A DNA stretch of 63,828 bases, filler included, from Octopus bimaculoides (GCF_001194135.2; 8 parts of 7 records of this genome joined end to end with filler, not necessarily neighbours in it); one strand, 5' to 3'; numbered from the whole stretch's first letter, positions 41,299-54,102 are shown. Program-made: numbers and translations. Notes: generated by a model from the letters alone, not told the origin.

Positions 41299-42289
41299 CA
41301 TATATGTATATTCACATATATACACATATGTGCATATTACATGGGAAAATGCAAACATGAAAAGTGATATTCTTAGGATTATAAACCTGGAAAAGTACAG
41401 GACAAGTTATTACACCTGGAAAAGTATAGGACAAGCTATTACTTTTAGTAAAGTAAAGAATAAGAAACATTTTACTTAAAATATTGCAGCAATGAATGGC
41501 AGTTCTTCTAATTTATCACTCTTTAGAGTTCTCATCTTTTACATGTATTGTACAAAATATTTAGTTATTTTTGTCATTTTACCCACATTTTAATTTACAG
41601 TAAACTTCAATTCTTGTATATCATTTCTTTATTTTGAATTATTCTAATATAGCTATTACTTATAAATAGGCTATTTATCTGGAAACAGAAAACATTTTAT
41701 TAAGATGACTTTTTTATGTAATATTTTTAATATATGATTTACTACCAAGTTTAAGAGAGAAAAATCAGATTGCAAAATAAGACAACTACATAGTACCATT
41801 ATAGAAATAAATATTTTATAGAATTCTGTTGCAAAGCAAACCATGAAATATCAAAGATCTAATTGAACAAACTGGAATTAAATGCAAAGTAGATGACTGG
41901 AGTATGTTACTAATTCAAAGAGAAATGTGTTTAATGGTTCACTCTGTTCTGTCATGTCTCTAGGCAGAGAAAATAGTGTTGATAGAACAAAACAAATGGA
42001 AACATGTAAAGTGGTAAATTAGCACAAACCAATTGTTTGGGTGTTCATTTAAAAGTAGTATCAAATATATCTTAAGGTGATCAAACCAACTTTGTTTTGT
42101 CTCCCTATGGAAGAAGCAGAGCTGAGACAGTTTATAAAAAAAAAAATTGGCTATCTTATAATAAATTTTGACAGTATTTTAATAGATTACTTTATTTTCT
42201 CTCAATTAAAAAAAAAAATCTTCTGTCACTACCTCAAAGTTAGCATGATTGAATAATTTTGTCACCAAATTATTTTACTGTAATGGATA

Positions 42290-42660
42290 CAAAACTGGAA
42301 GATGGCATTTTTGTTAGACTATAAATGATAAAAGTGATAAAGAATAACAATTTTGAGAACAGTACATAGGAAATTGAAGTAGAAGTCTACCAAACATTGT
42401 TCGAAAGTTTTGGAAAAATCAAAAGAATCTTCAGAATGTTCACAGCTAGTAAAAATCATGATTGATTACTTTTGTTAACTTGGATGTAGGATGAATGTGA
42501 GCATGTACCTTTTACATTCTCACTTTGACTATTTTCAGAAAAAATGTAAAAGACAGTAGAGAGCAAGGTGAACATTTTAGTCAAGATATTATGTTAATGG
42601 AACTATAAGTGAAACATTAGTACGATTGTTGCTTACTTTGTGTTGAAATGAGCTAAATCC
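42290..42660 (+). mobile_element. Decayed DNA transposase remnant (Chapaev3/CMC-like)
   Basis: LGCRMNVSMYLLHSHFDYF..EQGEHFSQDIMLME matches the remembered motif MHFLHSHLDYFP..EQGERFHQDI; superfamily name from memory. Confidence 0.6.
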
Positions 42661-45600
42661 TATAAAAAACATGTACAAAAGAATTTAATGTTATTGTTTG
42701 TTTCTTTTTAAATTCTGTTGTAAATATATTTAGATTGTTACTATTTTTTTTTACAAAACTAGATATGAATACAAAGGAAAGTCTCACACATACCTATATC
42801 AAAACTAACTGAATGGAAACACTCCCCCCCACAAAAAAAAACTTCCAACTTTGCTTCCAGCCTTGGCATGTCATCCACATTTCATGTCCATGTTTTACTA
42901 CCTTGCAAAATCACAATTTGTACACAAGCATATACATTTTACCCTTCAATCAGAAAGAGAGTCCCTTTCCTGCCTACAGAAATAATAGTTCCCTACAATT
43001 TTTTCACTCAAGCTAGTATGCTTTCAGTATACCTTCCTCCTCAGTTAATTTGGTCACTTGAATAACAGAACCTATATCAACTACACAGAGGGAATTCTTT
43101 TAGTAATTTAAATGAATTTATTTCATGAGCATTCTTACTATTAACTACTACTGTGCATCTGCAACATAAATGGTCTCTCTGACTTGTCTCATAGCTAGAG
43201 TAGCAATTCCAGTGAAATTCAAAACTAGGGAGGAAGGAGTATGGAAAGATTTCATTCTGAGTTTGGGGAGAGGGGGGAGACCAAGTAGGGATAACAAGTG
43301 GAAGAGAAGTGAAGACATCAGGTGTGCTTGTGGAGGGATGATGCACAGTTTGTTAGTTCAGAAGAGCAGACGCTATCAAAGTAGTAGAAGAAACTGAGTG
43401 AAGAAACAATGAGTCTATGGGTGAGTGGTTGTGTGTGGCTAATTGAACCTTGAACATCAAACAAATAACATTTTTTGTTATATCTGAATTTATAAAATTG
43501 AAATGAGTATCCACAATGGAAGATTGCTTCCACATCAAGTTGGTGTTGATGTTGCAGATATGTGAACATTCTAAATGCAAGGGGGAAAAAAGGCCTTTTG
43601 GCATAGAGTCACTCATCAACATAATCTAACCTTGACCTAGATGGTGGCATGCCACTTCCAAGTCCCTTGCCTTTACTTTCATTACCCTTATTGCACACTC
43701 TTCCCACCAGACCCTCCACAAACCACAGCTCTCAATCCTCCTTCCCCATAATGCTAGTCATCTGAAATTCATTTTCCATCTATGTTTTCTGAGCAGTTGT
43801 TGAAAGAGAACTTGAACCATATCAATCTCACTGCTCTTCAAGGACACAACATTCCCTCCACATAAAACCCTTATGAAAATGAAAATATTGCAGACATAGA
43901 AAACACAAATTAAAACACTTCTAACAGATCCAAATAATAAAGGTTGCTCTTGGTTTGTGGAGGTGATTTTTAAGGAAGCAGAATTAATGATTTTCACATA
44001 AAAAAACCCTTATGATTTGATTTATCTTCTAATTTTCAAACAGCTTTTAAAGACCAGATTCAATAAATAGATGAAAGAGAAATCTTTCTGTTGAATTGAA
44101 AGGATATCACTTTAACTAAGGTAGCATGCACAGATGACCAAGTACTGACTCTTGACTTCTAGGTGAATTGAGGAATGTAGAAGTAAGTGTACTACTAAAT
44201 AAAATCCATGCAAAGTATTTCAACTTTAAGGTCTTTTAGCTAGAAGTTCAACAGCTATTTTAATTTCTGCATACAGTATGTTTTCAAAATGTTTTTATTT
44301 TAAATGACAGAGTTACCAAGTTGGTATCTTGTCAAATAGAAAAGAAGGCAAATATGAACAGTGTTATAATCAAATGCATTTCAGTTTATATTATCCAATG
44401 TAATTTTCTAAGACAGAAGAGTGTGATTTGGCTGCCATTTCTAGCATGTAGTGGTTCTTTTCATATCCTACCACTTTTAATGTAACAATATTGTCACTAT
44501 TTAGTATCAGGTCAGCCTTGACTGATCAAACATATGATTAAAGGCATTTTAGTCATTATCACTCTGTCCTCTCAGATATTACATATTTAGGATTATATCC
44601 CTTCCCTTTCAAAATGGGTGTAATTTAAAGATTTGTTGTTATTTCTAGTAGGTCAAGTAATCATATATAGTCTTGTTAGGTCATGTAAATACTACAGCAC
44701 CAGGATTTTTAAACTGGGCACTCATATAAGCACTAACTAGGCCTGATGGTGTTTAACTTCAACTAGTATGTTCTACATGATATAGTTAAGAGTGAACAAA
44801 CAAAGCAACTGAAACATTGGATTCCATTTGGTCTGGTGCTTACTGCTTTACTTTTAACATATTCAAATCAGATTTTCAAAATATATTTGTAATAGTTGAT
44901 TAAATGAATTCACTGGAGACACAGTGCACTTGGAAACATCAACAACAAGATTGCTATCAAACATTTTACCAACCAGTCAAATGATAAGTGTTATGGTTAA
45001 TTATAAAACATAGTTTACTAACACAAAAATACAAACAAAAAGATACAAAGGAAAAGAAATGGAAAATGCTTTCTTCAAAAGGTTCATTAATTAGAATACC
45101 ACTTTGAATCAAAACTGTTATAACTTTGAAGACAAGCATGCAATTCCAGCTAGTTAGTCTAAAAAGAAAAGAAAAAAAAATCTACACAAAAATATCAAAC
45201 ATAGTGTAGTTTATTTCTTAAAGCGTTGTGACCTTTGGATTATAGTTTCAAATCAAGTTGTCATCACTGTATAACTAGGATAGTTTGTAAAATAGTTTCA
45301 CAAGTTTAATTGTTGTGAGGAATGAGGAATCTAACATATTGTATTTTTACCCTTCATTTCAGAGTAAGGAAGATAGAAGTGTTGTCAGTAGTTCCACTTA
45401 TAAAACTCTTATATGAACTCTCTTATGGACTAATTATTGTTACTGCAGACCCTCACTAGCTTCCTTAGTCCTGGATTTAATCCTGTGATGCATTGATTGT
45501 TATGTTGCTTCAATATATCCAGAAATAAAAGAATCAATCTTAGATTTTATAGGATTGGTTGGTGTTAAAAAGAGAAGTCATTACTAATCAGTAACATTAA

Positions 45601-45829
45601 AACGAATATTTCAAACAGGAAAACCATGTTTAAAATTATGAAAAATCCAATGAAATGACCACTGTTCGTATACCTGAAGCATGACTGTATATGTTACATG
45701 TACTTTGAAATGTGTATGGTATACAGAATAGTATGTGTTTATTATCATCTGTCTTTTATGATGGTCAAATGCCATAGTTTTACACTACTATCTGTCTGCC
45801 AGGCTATTCCACACACACACATTTTCTCC

Positions 45830-46050
45830 TACGAGGGGGTACTGAAAAGTTCTTGGCTTTAAGAGTGTTCAGAAAGGCCTGGTTGGAGGTCCAACCTTCT
45901 AAGTTCTTTCACAGGGCTTAAAAAAACTGAAGGACTGCTGCCATAAGTGTGTGAATCTGAGAGGAGAATATGTAGAATAAAATCATAATTAACTGATCTC
46001 CCTATATTTTCTTTTATCCAAAGCCAGGAATATTTCAGCACTCCCTCATA
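45830..46050 (+). mobile_element. Mariner-derived MITE
   Basis: TA-CGAGGGGGTACTGAAAAGTTCTTGGCTTT ... AAAGCCAGGAATATTTCAGCACTCCCTCA-TA inverted ends; internal CHKCVNLRGEYVE* resembles a mariner C-terminus. Confidence 0.85.
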
Positions 46051-46289
46051 TATCCATAGATACATTTGTATCAACACACCATATAAGCAGCCATATTAAA
46101 ACTCTCATCAAATCTAGTCTCATTTAGCTGACTTTCATTATTTTTGTACTCATAGTTTTTACTGTGGTTGTTTAAATGAAAATCTTATCCCATTTGTGAT
46201 ATGTCATGCCCATTTATGTATTATTCATAATGCACCAATACTGCCTTAATTATTTCTCTTTTGTTTAAGACTATCTAGGAGTTCAAGAA

Positions 46290-46745
46290 ATCACCTGGAT
46301 CTTGTGAACTTTTTAAGAGGATTCTTCCTTTCCAACATGCAAAGCTTGCAATGCTCACTTCCTTCAGATATGCTTCAGGTTGTTCTAGCAGTTTCCACTG
46401 CTGTAGTATTGTGCCTTCCTTTGATCAAAAAGAAAATCTATGGTTTCAGTCTGGCCTTAAAGGTTTAAAGCTTATTTCAAGGTAGTATGCACTCAACATA
46501 CATGAGCACCATGTGTTGCTCGCCAAATGTTGAAACCTTTTTCTATGAAATTTTTATGCCATTTGTAAATTTGCTTGTGACAAGGTTGATTTTTTTATTG
46601 AATTGGTGGCGAAATTCACGTTGCACTTGCACAATTGATCTGCATTTCTCAAACTGCAGCACACAAACAGACATTTCGTGTAGCATTGCCATTTTGTAAG
46701 GGATTACAAAAATGAGAATTATGCAACTCTAAATAAAATGAAGAA
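46290..46745 (-). mobile_element. Tc1/mariner transposase 5' remnant (N-terminal HTH)
   Basis: Minus strand CLFVLQFEKCRSIVQVQREFRHQFNKK..CHKQIYKWHKNFIEKG, with a frameshift after ATG 46692. Confidence 0.65.
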
Positions 46746-46923
46746 AATGAAACTTAAAACCAAAATTAAAATATTTTATTTAAGGCTTAATTCAATTGAT
46801 CGTGTTCAGCTATAAACTATAAACCTTCCCTTACCAAGAAATATGTCGAATGTGTTTGTATCTCTTACCGTTTGTTTTAAAAATAAATTTAAAATCTGCT
46901 CTTTCTTTTTGAATAATCCTGTG

Positions 46924-46968
<45 letters not shown>

Positions 46969-47969
46969 NNNNNNNNNNNNNNNNNNNNNNNNNNNNNNNN
47001 NNNNNNNNNNNNNNNNNNNNNNNNNNNNNNNNNNNNNNNNNNNNNNNNNNNNNNNNNNNNNNNNNNNNNNNNNNNNNNNNNNNNNNNNNNNNNNNNNNNN
47101 NNNNNNNNNNNNNNNNNNNNNNNNNNNNNNNNNNNNNNNNNNNNNNNNNNNNNNNNNNNNNNNNNNNNNNNNNNNNNNNNNNNNNNNNNNNNNNNNNNNN
47201 NNNNNNNNNNNNNNNNNNNNNNNNNNNNNNNNNNNNNNNNNNNNNNNNNNNNNNNNNNNNNNNNNNNNNNNNNNNNNNNNNNNNNNNNNNNNNNNNNNNN
47301 NNNNNNNNNNNNNNNNNNNNNNNNNNNNNNNNNNNNNNNNNNNNNNNNNNNNNNNNNNNNNNNNNNNNNNNNNNNNNNNNNNNNNNNNNNNNNNNNNNNN
47401 NNNNNNNNNNNNNNNNNNNNNNNNNNNNNNNNNNNNNNNNNNNNNNNNNNNNNNNNNNNNNNNNNNNNNNNNNNNNNNNNNNNNNNNNNNNNNNNNNNNN
47501 NNNNNNNNNNNNNNNNNNNNNNNNNNNNNNNNNNNNNNNNNNNNNNNNNNNNNNNNNNNNNNNNNNNNNNNNNNNNNNNNNNNNNNNNNNNNNNNNNNNN
47601 NNNNNNNNNNNNNNNNNNNNNNNNNNNNNNNNNNNNNNNNNNNNNNNNNNNNNNNNNNNNNNNNNNNNNNNNNNNNNNNNNNNNNNNNNNNNNNNNNNNN
47701 NNNNNNNNNNNNNNNNNNNNNNNNNNNNNNNNNNNNNNNNNNNNNNNNNNNNNNNNNNNNNNNNNNNNNNNNNNNNNNNNNNNNNNNNNNNNNNNNNNNN
47801 NNNNNNNNNNNNNNNNNNNNNNNNNNNNNNNNNNNNNNNNNNNNNNNNNNNNNNNNNNNNNNNNNNNNNNNNNNNNNNNNNNNNNNNNNNNNNNTATATA
47901 TATATATATATATATGCATATATACATACGTATATGTACATACTTACATCTATATGTATATATATATAT

Positions 47970-48200
47970 ATAAAACAGTGTGGGCACAGAACATCATGAA
48001 ATGTGTACACCAAAAATTATGAAGCACGAGTACATGGAAGATGAACTATTCTTTCGAACAATGAAAGACACAAATGGAAAACAAAGCAAACAACATAAAG
48101 AACGATCCTTCATTAGTTGTTGGCTGTTTTTCTAGACTCATATTTCGAACATTTAACAACAATATACACTTTTGATAAAACAGTTGCTCCCGCAAAGCAC
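47970..48200 (-). mobile_element. Interspersed repeat homologous to 49787-49972 (probable PLE tail)
   Basis: Shared order acag.acatca...ttcgaacaa...caacataaa.aa...ttca.tagttg. Confidence 0.5.
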
Positions 48201-48577
48201 ATTATAAAATATTGGGGATTTTGCGGAGTGTCAAAACAGGTAACACAAACAGGACAGCAAAAACAAACAGGAAGGCTGCTAGGCTAAACGAGGTTGTGGT
48301 AGCAAACATGTGAATCAAGCTAGGACAGGAGACAAACAAGAACACGTCTTCCTTGTTCCAGCTACAACGGAGAGAAAGAAAGATGTCTGATGGTCACGTG
48401 GGATCCACGTGAGCAAGGGAGGAGGAGTGAGGGAGAGAGAGTGATAGAGTAATAGGATAGAATAGTAGGAGAAGAAGATGTAAAAGAATGAGAGAAAAAC
48501 GATGCATAAGAATTATTAATATAAAACTTAACTTGGAAGAGGATGCGTGGCGTTCAATCATATATTAATATAATATA

Positions 48578-48933
48578 CTAGCAGAGCCACCCGGCGTTGC
48601 CCGGGAATGAAATTGTTGCTTATTGGTACTTGGAAACTTTTACGATAATTAAAATGGGGATTAAATGAAAAAAATTCACACAGCGAATATACCACGTTAT
48701 TGTTTCACTGTTCTATACACAGATATACATTGACGCATGTCAGTCGAAAAGTGAAAGTGTAATAGTAATTTTACTTTAACACTCAATGGTTTTACACTTT
48801 TGTATATGACATGTACATACTATTCATGTAAGTGCTTCTTCATATTCTATGTTTTCTGTCTTGCCATGTTTATCACTGAGAATATAGAAGTTCTTTTCAT
48901 CTCCAACTCTAGAACATCCAACATACAGCTGAC
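48578..48933 (-). mobile_element. Helitron 3' end, same family as 7195-7710
   Basis: QLYVGCSRVGDEKNFYILSDKHGKTENIEYEEALT*; hairpin cccgg.gcaacg.ccggg, then CTAG|T at 48578-48581. Confidence 0.9.
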
Positions 48934-49033
48934 NNNNNNNNNNNNNNNNNNNNNNNNNNNNNNNNNNNNNNNNNNNNTTAATTAATTAANNNNNNNNNNN
49001 NNNNNNNNNNNNNNNNNNNNNNNNNNNNNNNNN

Positions 49034-49165
49034 GATGGGCCGGGGGCTTTCCCGGTCTTCATACTCTTAATTGCTTTATCTACCCTGGTACTATCAACTC
49101 GGATAGCTGGTCCCTCTATTGGGTCGACATAAGGCAGGCTCTCTTTCTCCCATTCATTCTCTTTA
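49034..49165 (-). mobile_element. RTE-clade LINE fragment upstream of RT
   Basis: NEWEKESLPYVDPIEGPAIRVD..VDKAIKSMKTGKAPGP. Confidence 0.8.
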
Positions 49166-49990
49166 TTTCTCTTTATTAAGCAATCTATATATATATATAT
49201 ATTCAGGATTAAGTCTGTACAGCCAAATAACGAATATACAAACCATTTTACAGTGTGTACCAGAAGCATTTTGTGATGCCAGCAGCAGCAGCTGTAGAGA
49301 GATTGCCTGTTGCAAGAGTGAAGAATTCCTTTCATCCTTTATCAATTATTATTCAGAGTTAGTATCTTCTAAGACAGGCATTTTATTGTACTTGACCAGT
49401 GTTTCTCAACCAGGATCCATATAGCCCTTTGGGGGTTCATATAAGATTTTGTTGTTAAAATTTATGTGCAATGAATTAGTTCTACAATACACAAAATATT
49501 TCAACAATTTTTTTTTATACAATTCCTAATAGTATTTAATTATAAAAATGTAAGATTTTATTAAACATTAAATGGCTAGGAGGATACATCTGAGTAAAAC
49601 AGGAATCAAAGGGATTCATAGGAAAAAAAAATCATTGAGAACCATGTACTAGACTAAAAGAGTTTTCTATTGGCAATTACTTGCAGATACAAATATATAT
49701 ATAACATAAATAATATATAATTATATGCATATATCCATACATATATGTACATACCGACATCTATATGTATACATACAAGCATATATGGGTACAGGACATC
49801 ACAGAAAACGTTAAACACAACGAGAAACGAAAACATAAAGACGAGGACAGAAAACGAACTTTTTTCGAACAACGATAAAAACAAACAGAGAAATGAGACA
49901 TGCAACATAAAAAATATTACCCATCTTCAGTTGTCCCTGCTCCAACTACTCCGCGTTTCAAAGGCAAGGACAATATATATATGTATATAT

Positions 49991-50024
<34 letters not shown>

Positions 50025-50529
50025 ATATGTATATGTATATATATATTGTTTTCTTCTCTTATGAGAATGGCAAGTCCTGTTAGTGGTTAGTCTTATGTTG
50101 TTACCATAGTACTAGGATAGAGGTACATTTGACTACAAATGGAAGAACTATTATTGATGAGAACTGGATCTGAGCAGGGCTAAAAGACTTACAGTGGTTG
50201 TGCTTACATAACTTAGACTGGTATTCGAGGTAGATTTAGCCAGCAGCATGTGCAGACGTTTGGGAAGAAAAAGCAAGATAGATAATATAATAGTATTATA
50301 TTTCTATCTTTTACTTGTTTCACTCATTGGATTGTGGCCATGCTGGTGCACTGCCTTGAAAAGTTTTAGTCAAGTTAACTCCACCGCTTATTTTTTAAGC
50401 CTGGTACTTATTCTTTTGATCCTTTTTGATGAACTTCTAAGTTATGATAACGTAAACAAACCAACACTGGTTGTAAAGTGGAATGAGGGACACACACACA
50501 TATGTAAATATATATATATATAATAATAA

Positions 50530-51099
50530 TAATAGTATTAGGGACAAAATCCAAAATTACAGGTAAAAACTCAATTAAAATCAATTTATAAAAAATTAAA
50601 ATTAAATTGAGCTTTACAGAGTAAAATAAATATTAATTTTTCTCTATGTGACTGGATTTTCACCGATGAGTTCATGAACCTTGGTTCTTTTCCCTAAAGC
50701 TATATATATATATATTTGTTTTGCAAGATTTTTGATGTGAAATCGTGTGTTGAAACAGATGTTGTACTTGGGGATGGTCATATTGCCAGTTTAGCCAATA
50801 AAAACACATGCACTGTATATTTGGTGTTAATTTGTTTCAGCTTTATATTACATTAATCTTAATCTTATTTCGGCCAGAGTTCTTGCTAACTATCAGCCAT
50901 TTTAAAATGGCTGATAGTTAGCAAGGTGAGACACACATAAGAAAGAAGGAAACAAAGGACCACTGATGAGGTTACAGAAGTGTGACGAAAGAACTCTGGC
51001 CGAAATAAGATTAAGATTAATGTAATATAAAGCTGAAACAAATTAACACCAAATATACAGTGCGTGTGTTTTTATTGGCTAAACTGACCATCCCCAAGT

Positions 51100-51106
<7 letters not shown>
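50530..51106. mobile_element. Head-to-head (inverted) PLE pseudo-LTR pair
   Basis: Arms 50759-50903 and 50904-51106 are reverse complements except for a 66-nt indel, an 8-nt indel and one CpG transition; the left copy continues to about 50530. Confidence 0.8.
50960..50999 (+). ncRNA. Minimal type I hammerhead ribozyme
   Basis: CCA-CTGATGA-g-GTTACA(gaag)TGTGAC-GAAA-G(aa)CT-C-TGG. Intact core; predicted cleavage after C50996. Confidence 0.8.
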
Positions 51107-51136
<30 letters not shown>

Positions 51137-51564
51137 GACGATCTTCTTTCTACCGTATCCACTTACAAGGCTTTGGTCAATCTGGAGCTATAGCAGAAGA
51201 CACTTGCTGCCCAAAGAGTGCTCTGCTGTGTGACAACCCAAATCAATAATCACCTTTTAAATTCATCTCCGAATCGTATACATTTTAATCATCTCAGGAA
51301 CAACGGGAGATAACTCAGGATATATGTCTGAAATAGTTTACCTTGGTTTCTCATTTAGGTAAATCAGCAGTCAGATAAAAAAATAGTTCATACGGTTTGG
51401 ATGTGTGTGTAAGTATGTTCTTGGTGTAACGCCAGTAGCAATAGCAACATGTATTGATCCGAAAGCCATTTGCAAAAAGAAGGGAAGAAAAAAGCATTCG
51501 TATGAAATGAGAGAAATTAAAAAGTGGAGGCTTTTGGATGATGAATATTTAAGAATAAATATTA

Positions 51565-51766
51565 CTCTTTTACTTGTTTCAGTCATTTGACTGTGGCCAT
51601 GCTGGAGCACCGCTTTTAGTCGAGCAAATCGACCCCGGGACTTATTCTTTGTAAGCCTAGTACTTATTCCATCGGTCTCTTTTGCCGACCTGCTAAGTGA
51701 CGGGGCCATAAGCACACCAGCATTGGTTGTCAAGCAATGCTAAGGGGGACAAACACAGACACACAA

Positions 51767-51799
<33 letters not shown>

Positions 51800-51930
51800 C
51801 ATATATGCGACGGGCTTCTTTCAGTTTCCGTCTACCTAATCCACTCACAAGGCTTTGGTTGGCCCGAGGCCATAGTAGAAGACACTTGCCCAAGATGCCA
51901 CTGAACCCGGAACCATGTGGTTGGTACTTA
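51565..51930 (-). mobile_element. SINE S1 copy (both modules)
   Basis: Reverse match to 1850-2228. Confidence 0.85.
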
Positions 51931-52602
51931 TACAGAGTACAAGTGACAGAGAAAATTAAATGGGAGGAAGAGAGGAATTATAAGTCCAACAGCTGTTTCT
52001 GGGGACTCGGAGGTCCATAATAATGTTGGTAGTTGTAGTTCATCACAATATGCGGCCGTAATGGAAGCAATCAACATTGGATAAATCAAGAGCCTTCCTC
52101 ATCAGGGTAGAAAAGATTTTAAATATACTACCAAATCCACTCACAATGCTTTTGTCAGCCTGAGGCCTCAGTAGGAAATGGTTGCTCAAGTTAATCAGCA
52201 AGACTGAACTCAGAATCTTGTAGTTGGGAAGCATGTTTCTTAAGTCAGGTACACACACCTGTGCCTAATGTTCACACAAACACACACACACACGTGTGTG
52301 TATGTTTGTGTTTGTCCTCCACCACTGTTTGAAAACCGGTGTTGGTTTGTTTACTTCCCCTGTAACATAGCAGTTTGGCAAAAGGAGACTGATAGAAATA
52401 GTAGCAGGCTTAAAAAACAAAAAGAATAACAAAATAGAAACATAAATAGTGGTGACGATTTGTTCTGTTAAAACACTTCAAGGTGGTGCATCAGCATGGC
52501 TGCAATCCAATGACTGGAACAAGTAAAAGACAAAATTAAAAGATAAAACCCCGAGGCATATATGATTATATATATGTGTGTGTGTGTGTGTATGTGTGTG
52601 TG

Positions 52603-52800
52603 AGGCGCAATGGCCCAGTGGTTAGGGCAGCGGACTCGCGGTCGGAGGATTGCAGTTTTGATTCCCAGGCAGGGCGTTGTGTGTGTTTATTGAGCGAAAA
52701 CACCTAAAGCTCCACGAGGCTCCGGCAGTGGGGTGGGGGGAGGGTGAAGCCTGTTGTACTCTTTCGCCCCAACTTTCTCTAACTCTTTCTTCCTGTTTTT
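52603..52800 (+). mobile_element. SINE S3 5' part
   Basis: aggcgcaatggcccagtggttagggcagcggactcgcggtc...aaaacacctaaagctccacgaggctccggcag. Confidence 0.8.
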
Positions 52801-53788
52801 TGAGTAATGCTGCGGTGGAAACCAGGCCTATGAGCCTGGTTAGGCTTTAAAAGGGCGCATAATAATAATAATAATAATGATAATAATAATAATAATANNN
52901 NNNNNNNNNNNNNNNNNNNNNNNNNNNNNNNNNNNNNNNNNNNNNNNNNNNNNNNNNNNNNNNNNNNNNNNNNNNNNNNNNNNNNNNNNNNNNNNNNNNN
53001 NNNNNNNNNNNNNNNNNNNNNNNNNNNNNNNNNNNNNNNNNNNNNNNNNNNNNNNNNNNNNNNNNNNNNNNNNNNNNNNNNNNNNNNNNNNATATATATA
53101 TATATATATATATACATATATACACACATACACACACACATACATACATACATACATATATATATATATATATTACTGTCTCAGTCCAGCTGCAGTAAAA
53201 CTGCGTCAGTACCCAATAGTTCGACGATGCTTGATATCAAATAATAAATGTTCAAAGTAAAGTTAACAGTTTTTGTGCATTTACGAACAGTTAATTTATC
53301 TTCTACGATGTAATTGTTTTAGTTTCAGCACATGGTTTCAGATCAAAGCATAACGCCAGACGAGTATTAGTCGGAAAAGCAACAAAAGCAGTATAATAAA
53401 AAATTTCCTAGTCCAAGGGAAGTAACTTCAGACTAATCAGTACGAAATTAACTTGCGAGAGCCTTTTTTTTTCATGTTTGGGTAAATGCGTGCGTGTGTA
53501 TTACGTATGTGGATGTAAATGAGTATGTGTATGGTGTTTGTGTGTGTGTGTGTGTGTGTATGTGTGTGTGTATGTGTGTGTGTGTGTGTGTCTGTGTGTG
53601 TGTCTGTGTGTGTGTGTATGTGTGTACGAGTGAAATAGCTAGTTCTAAAATCTCTAGACGAGATATATGTAATAACAATACTAGACGGTAACGTTTTTTG
53701 CCACTATAACATGACTGTTCTACAAAGAAGTATGTTACTACATTTGAACCCCAGGAAAACGTCTGTACTTATGGTTCCGGTTCCGGTT

Positions 53789-53870
53789 TTAGGGTTAGGG
53801 CTAGGGTTTTAGGGTTAGGGTTAAGGTTAAGATTTTAGGGTTAGGGTTAGGGTTAGGGTTTTAGGGTTAG
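53789..53870 (+). repeat. Interstitial telomere-like (TTAGGG)n with TTTTAGGG variants
   Basis: About 13 units read directly; preceded by GGTTCC x2. Confidence 0.9.
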
Positions 53871-54059
53871 TGTTGGGGAAAAAGTCAAAATTGAAGAAGT
53901 TGGATGGGTGGGGTTAAATTTCACAATGTCGATATTTGGCAATTTTCCGGAACCTCCGTATCCGAAAACGAGGATTTTTGGCAAATAAAAATAAACAAAT
54001 TTGGGAGAAAATGGAGGTGGGGGCCAGAAGTCTTTCCCTCACTTCCAGCTTGGCAAGAG

Positions 54060-54102
54060 CAGTAGATCATGGTTTCTGGGTCTTTACTCTTCATCAGTTC
54101 TG
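54060..54102 (-). ncRNA. Degenerate type I hammerhead ribozyme
   Basis: Minus strand cagaa-CTGATGA-agagt(aaag)accca-GAAA-C(catg)AT-C-tactg. Core intact; mismatches in all three stems. Confidence 0.45.
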
